NCBI GenBank assembly: GCA_046497275.1
Contig: JAWOFX010000064.1
Location: forward strand, 1 to 32,000
DNA from: Promethearchaeia archaeon
Lineage (GTDB): Archaea; Asgardarchaeota; Lokiarchaeia; Sigyniarchaeales; SOKP01
Length of the DNA: 32,000 bases
Direction: 5' to 3'
Numbering within the stretch: the first letter of the stretch is position 1; each line of letters starts with the position of its first letter. The notes beneath the pieces are model-generated. The model did no database searches. It worked only from the letters and a program-made list of their open reading frames with translations, and had not been told where the DNA came from. Position numbers and translations under genes: made by a program. This document shows, one piece after another, positions 27,457 to 32,000 of this stretch.

Positions 27457-28476
27457 CTATTTACGTTGTTGACTTTCACGATTAATAAATGTTATCTCTG
27501 GAGATTTAAGACTAAAATTTTTGATTGGTCTAATTGTTTTTCTTAATCTTATTAATCTTTTCTTTGGACCTGGAACAGATCCCAAAAGTAGTAAATAATC
27601 TCCACTGATTTTACCATAATTTATAAATCCCCCTTTAGGATTGATCTCCTCTTCATTCTCACCAATTAGCATTATTCTTTTATGATATTCAGTCCTCTGA
27701 TGATATCCTAATTGTCCAGGGCGAGGAACAGTATACCTTACTCTTGCTGGATGCCATGGACCGATACATGCTACTGCCCTTCTTATCTTACTATTCTTCC
27801 TTGTAAGGAGCCTTATCCCGTGTCTCTTTACTGGCCCTTGAAAACCCTTTCCTTTTGTAACAGCTATAACATCTACTACTTCCCCCTCTATGAATACATC
27901 ACGCGCCCGAACTTCTTTTCCTAATAGTTCTAAAGCAAAATTGAATTCCTTATTAGGATCTCCAATTGAATTTAATTTTATTTCTATAATATCAGGTTTT
28001 TTTCTTGGTAATGACACTTGATATGGTTGAGATTGAAATATTCCTCTAATTTCACTTGATTGATCAATTTCCTCTAAAATTTCCTCTTTAGATTTTTGAA
28101 TATCATAATTTTCAGAATTTGGAGGATTAATTTTACGAAATAAATTTTCATCTATTGTCGTTGAAAAAACTTCCCCCACAACATATTTTCCATAATCATC
28201 TTCGTTATATACTCTTATTCCAATAAGGAATAAAGGAGGTACTTCGATAATTGTTACTGGTTTCATAAGCTCTTTTCCAAAATAAGGGCTATTTTCTTGA
28301 TCCTCAATATATGTAATATGTGTCATTCCTGCCTTGAAACCTGCAAAACCAAGAAAAATTAGATCATCATTCGTATCTAACCAATTCCTAATTCTTCCTT
28401 TTATATTTGCGGCTCTTTTCCTTGGAATATATGCCAATGAACCATGTCTCGGTGCACTCTTTTTACGATGAGCCAT
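27457..28476 (-). CDS. rpl3: 50S ribosomal protein uL3
   Basis: PRHGSL...PRKRA, GF.GFKAGMTH, TKGKGFQGPVKR.G, GPWHP, GQ.GYH.RTE. Start moved to ATG 28476. Confidence 0.97.
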   Translation of the reverse strand: MAHRKKSAPRHGSLAYIPRKRAANIKGRIRNWLDTNDDLIFLGFAGFKAGMTHITYIEDQENSPYFGKELMKPVTIIEVPPLFLIGIRVYNEDDYGKYVVGEVFSTTIDENLFRKINPPNSENYDIQKSKEEILEEIDQSSEIRGIFQSQPYQVSLPRKKPDIIEIKLNSIGDPNKEFNFALELLGKEVRARDVFIEGEVVDVIAVTKGKGFQGPVKRHGIRLLTRKNSKIRRAVACIGPWHPARVRYTVPRPGQLGYHQRTEYHKRIMLIGENEEEINPKGGFINYGKISGDYLLLLGSVPGPKKRLIRLRKTIRPIKNFSLKSPEITFINRESQQRK

Positions 28477-28639
28477 TGCTTTCACTAATCTTTTAAACTA
28501 AAAAATATTCTAAATTAAATAAATTTTTTGCTAAAACACCTTCTTATGCCATTTTTTATATTCATAATGTCTCTATTTAACATCGATAACTTTAAAAATT
28601 TCCTTCGTAGTTTAATACTTTTCTTTTTGATATTTTAAT

Positions 28640-30781
28640 ATGATTCCAAAATCTAAAAAAACTACGAAAAGGCGAATTTCAGAACTTATTTCTTTAAATA
28701 ATAAAGTTTTAAATATCTTTTGTGACAAATGTCCAAAAATAACAGAGACTTTTCTTAATGATAATTGCATTAACTGCATTTTCGAAAACTATAATAAATT
28801 TCAAAAAAAAGAAATAAAATCTATTTATTTGAATTCTTTTGATTTTTTAATAGATCGTGAGATTATAATATATTTTGAAAATTATAAAATTCTCATAAAT
28901 GAGTTAAAAAGTATATTAAAGAATTTATTAAATTTTAAAACTCAGTGCAATTATAAGGATTTCAAGTGTAATATATTCATTGGATTGGAATCTCTTCTAA
29001 AAATGATAAAAAACATTCATAATCCAATTATTGTTTATAAGGAAATTATTAAATATGAATCTGAAATCAATCATCTTGAGATTAAGAATTATTGTAAGGA
29101 ATGCTTTCAAAAAATTAAAACTAATATTAGTTTGATTAAGAAAAAAATAGCAAAATTAGAAGTAATTAAAAAATATAAGAATTACAGTTTGAAAAAGGAT
29201 CTTTATGCAGAATGCAATAATTTTTATGATTTTTTATTCACTAAATTGGTTAAATCGACAGATATCAAATCAAAAAAATCGGTAAAAGATGTAAATAAAA
29301 AATTAATTCAAAACTATAAAATTCAAAAATATGGCATTTACAAAATTTTTATTTATGAACTTGAAAATGAAATCGAAAAAAGATATGTTTATAAAAAATA
29401 TTACAAAGAAACAATAAATCAAGATTACTTCAATAAAATCTTAATTTATACATATGAAAATTTAGAGTTAATAAGGTTGAATCAAATCGTATCTATTGAA
29501 AATTTAATAAATTCATACTATTTTAAAGCGATAAAAAAAATCGATGAAAAATTTAAGATTTCGAATAATGATAAAAAAAAGATAGCCTTATTAGTTGCGA
29601 TAAAGATTCTAAACCTCAATAAGATCTTTGCTCTGCTATTAGACGATTATATAGAGGAAATCTTTCTAGACTCTCCCTATGATAAAATATATATAAATCA
29701 TAAAATCTTTGGGAGATGCAGAACATTAATAGATTTTACTGGAAATGAAATTGAAAGAATTAAAACATTTCTTAGATTATATAGTGGGAAGAGACTTGAT
29801 TATTCTAATCCAAACATAAAATTTGTGCTTAGCAATAAATTTTTTTATTGTAGATTTGCTTGTGATATTGCACCCATAAATTTTAATAATTTTTCACTTG
29901 ACATAAGAAAATTAAACAAAAACATTTTTACAATCCAAGATCTTTTATGTAACAAGACACTTAGTCCTAAAATTGCCTCTTTTCTCTATTATTGTATATT
30001 AAAAAAAATAAACATAACTGTTACGGGGAAAACGGACTCAGGTAAAACCACACTAATAAATTCTTTAGATTTATTAACACCGAAAGAATTTAGGAAAATA
30101 TATATCGAAAATGCAATCGAATCTCTTGATCAATATCATCTTGGAAAACATCAATTAAAATTTGAGGTTGACAGCTTATCTGAAGAAAATGATATAAATA
30201 AAAAGAAAAGTGGTCAAATTAAAAAATTATTGCATAGAACACCAGATATAATTTATTTGGGAGAGATTTTAACTCAAGAAGAATGTCATGCTATGTTTCA
30301 TTGTTTAACAGTCGGATTAAAAGGATTTCAAACCATTCATTCTAATGGTATAGACTCATTAATTAATAGGTTTCTTTTTCATTTTCAGGTTGAAAAAGAA
30401 TGTTTAAATGATTTAGATATAATCATTCTTATGGGGAAAGATAATAATAATCGGCGGAAAATATTATCAATCAATCAAGTTTATATCCTTGATAATAAAA
30501 TTATCAATCAACCAATATTTCGTTATAATTCAGAATCTGATTCTTGGATTCAGTTAAAATCATTGTTTAATTTAAAATGTGTTGAGAAAGTTAATGAATT
30601 TGAAAATATTAGTAAAGAAAATTTCGATTTTTTTATAAAAACTTATGAAGATTTCTTTGAACATTTGAAAAAAAGTGAAAAGAGACTAGTATTTAATCTT
30701 GTAAAATTTTTTGATAAAATTTCCTTTCTATCAAAATTAGGGTTAAAAAATTTGGCCAATTTTAGAGATTCTATAATATAA
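28640..30781 (+). CDS. Type IV pilus/Tad (CpaF/TadA/ArlI-like) assembly ATPase with a long Cys-rich N-terminal extension
   Basis: LLDDYIEEI, IRK, Walker A GKTDSGKTT, IE...E box, Walker B PDIIYLGEI, TIH His-box. Confidence 0.88.
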   Translation: MIPKSKKTTKRRISELISLNNKVLNIFCDKCPKITETFLNDNCINCIFENYNKFQKKEIKSIYLNSFDFLIDREIIIYFENYKILINELKSILKNLLNFKTQCNYKDFKCNIFIGLESLLKMIKNIHNPIIVYKEIIKYESEINHLEIKNYCKECFQKIKTNISLIKKKIAKLEVIKKYKNYSLKKDLYAECNNFYDFLFTKLVKSTDIKSKKSVKDVNKKLIQNYKIQKYGIYKIFIYELENEIEKRYVYKKYYKETINQDYFNKILIYTYENLELIRLNQIVSIENLINSYYFKAIKKIDEKFKISNNDKKKIALLVAIKILNLNKIFALLLDDYIEEIFLDSPYDKIYINHKIFGRCRTLIDFTGNEIERIKTFLRLYSGKRLDYSNPNIKFVLSNKFFYCRFACDIAPINFNNFSLDIRKLNKNIFTIQDLLCNKTLSPKIASFLYYCILKKINITVTGKTDSGKTTLINSLDLLTPKEFRKIYIENAIESLDQYHLGKHQLKFEVDSLSEENDINKKKSGQIKKLLHRTPDIIYLGEILTQEECHAMFHCLTVGLKGFQTIHSNGIDSLINRFLFHFQVEKECLNDLDIIILMGKDNNNRRKILSINQVYILDNKIINQPIFRYNSESDSWIQLKSLFNLKCVEKVNEFENISKENFDFFIKTYEDFFEHLKKSEKRLVFNLVKFFDKISFLSKLGLKNLANFRDSII

Positions 30782-30833
30782 GCTTAAACCAAAAAATTGA
30801 GTAATTTAAAACTATAGAATTAAAAAGATATTT

Positions 30834-31244
30834 GTGACTAATTTAATAGAAAAAATATTAATTACAGGATTTGGGATCTTATTGCTAATCTCATTTCTGA
30901 CAATAATTAATCCATTTATTGATCTTTTTGCTAGATATGATTTTTATCAAGAAAAATATGAAAAAACAATCGATAATATAAATTTAATAGACTCATCAAT
31001 TAGGTATTCTATTAACCAAAATAGGAATTACTGCCAGGAAATATCTATTTATCAGGATCTAAACGTTTCTATTGAAAAAATTCAGATAAAGTATGAATTT
31101 TTCATTAATAAAATAGATAATCTAGTTTTAACCTATGATAGAAAGATGATTGATGGATTCTATTTATTACATTCTCAGAGCAATTACCTACTTAATATTA
31201 CTTTTTTAACTTCCATATTAATAAAATTCCAAATTTTGGAATGA
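30834..31244 (+). CDS. Pilin-like single-TM protein
   Basis: N-terminus MTNLIE followed by a hydrophobic helix and a soluble domain; lies between the ATPase and the platform gene. GTG start. Confidence 0.55.
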   Translation: MTNLIEKILITGFGILLLISFLTIINPFIDLFARYDFYQEKYEKTIDNINLIDSSIRYSINQNRNYCQEISIYQDLNVSIEKIQIKYEFFINKIDNLVLTYDRKMIDGFYLLHSQSNYLLNITFLTSILIKFQILE

Positions 31245-31248
31245 TCCT

Positions 31249-32000
31249 ATGAAATTTCTCGATTTTTATTTGTATATATGTAAATTATGCAGCCACAGGA
31301 AGATCCCACAAATTAAATTTAAGGAAAAAGAAGATCTATTTAATAAAATATTTAAATTATCTTACGGAATCGATAATAAAGAAATAAATAAAGCTTCTTT
31401 TTTAATTTTTGTTTTAACATTACTTCTAATAATTTCCTCAGCTATTTTAATAAATTTTAATTTTTATTTATTACTTTTTTTTTCTCTAATTCTCTCTCTT
31501 ATCATATCTTATAAATTTAATTTTTATCTTTATAACAAACTTTTAAAGAGAGGTAAAGAATTAACTTCCTCTCTCTATATTATTAAAATCGATTACTCAT
31601 TAATTCAGATAACAAAAAATAAATATGAAGACACGATTTTGGAATTTATTACATTAATAATATCTTATAATCTTCCTATTTCTAAGAAATTTGAAGAAAT
31701 ATTATCTAACATTCATTCTGGCAGCCCTCCTGATATGGAACTCAAGAAACTTCTTTCTCCCTCTATTGATTTTAATAATTTTAAAAATAATATCATTATA
31801 CAAAAAGATCATCCTATCTTAGAAAAAAAAGAATTTAAAAATAGCAAACTTGAGGATGATTTTAAGGTTTATCTAAGAGAATTGAATACTAAGATTAGTA
31901 TAATTTTCTTCATTGGAATATTTTATCCAATTGGATTATGTTTCCTTGTAACTTTTATTAGCTTTAATCAGTTAATACTAATAGCATCTGTACCCCTTTT
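31249..32000 (+). CDS. TadB/TadC/ArlJ-like (T2SS-F) membrane platform protein, truncated by the window end
   Basis: Manual translation open from ATG 31249 to the end (MKFLDFYLY...). Two TMs, then ISKKFEEILSNIHSGSPPDMEL, which resembles the T2SSF 'E.....I..G.....AL' helix, then further TMs. Not in the ORF track because no stop lies inside the window. Confidence 0.7.
   Translation, partial: MKFLDFYLYICKLCSHRKIPQIKFKEKEDLFNKIFKLSYGIDNKEINKASFLIFVLTLLLIISSAILINFNFYLLLFFSLILSLIISYKFNFYLYNKLLKRGKELTSSLYIIKIDYSLIQITKNKYEDTILEFITLIISYNLPISKKFEEILSNIHSGSPPDMELKKLLSPSIDFNNFKNNIIIQKDHPILEKKEFKNSKLEDDFKVYLRELNTKISIIFFIGIFYPIGLCFLVTFISFNQLILIASVPL

Noticed and set aside
1-32000. Selenocysteine or pyrrolysine read-through
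   Set aside because: No gene showed an in-frame TGA or TAG interrupting a recognisable domain, and I saw no SECIS-like element.

Overview
Very AT-rich archaeal chromosomal DNA (about a quarter GC by eye). The gene content (TFB, archaeal uL3/uL4/uL23, class I LysRS, ABCE1, archaeosine TGT, Trm5, a Roadblock/LC7 protein, many long family-less ORFs) suggests an Asgard archaeon, probably Lokiarchaeia-like; this is an inference. Most of the window is housekeeping: trpB2, two tRNAs (Arg-TCT, Ile-GAT) flanking a tRNA-modification cluster, tfb, fba, rli, lysS, a GHMP kinase, signal peptidase, rpl3-4-23, and the start of a type IV pilus/Tad-like locus. The best signal is missing from the ORF track: a 21-codon minus-strand uORF (1781-1846, MNKMATVKNNFWCWQWPWRWQ*) with five alternating Trp codons about 150 nt upstream of trpB2. 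It is followed by competing RNA pairings and a U-tract, which is the layout of a ribosome-dependent tryptophan attenuator, here in an archaeon. Other leads: a bacterial-style Flp pilin, a leader-less pilin-like protein next to an ATPase with a Cys-rich N-terminus, a gamma-carbonic-anhydrase-like protein lacking all three metal His, a glucuronokinase-like kinase, a Roadblock gene without an in-frame canonical start, and a tRNA-Ile with A54. No CRISPR array, transposase or integrase was seen. All family calls come from motif recognition, not from database searches.
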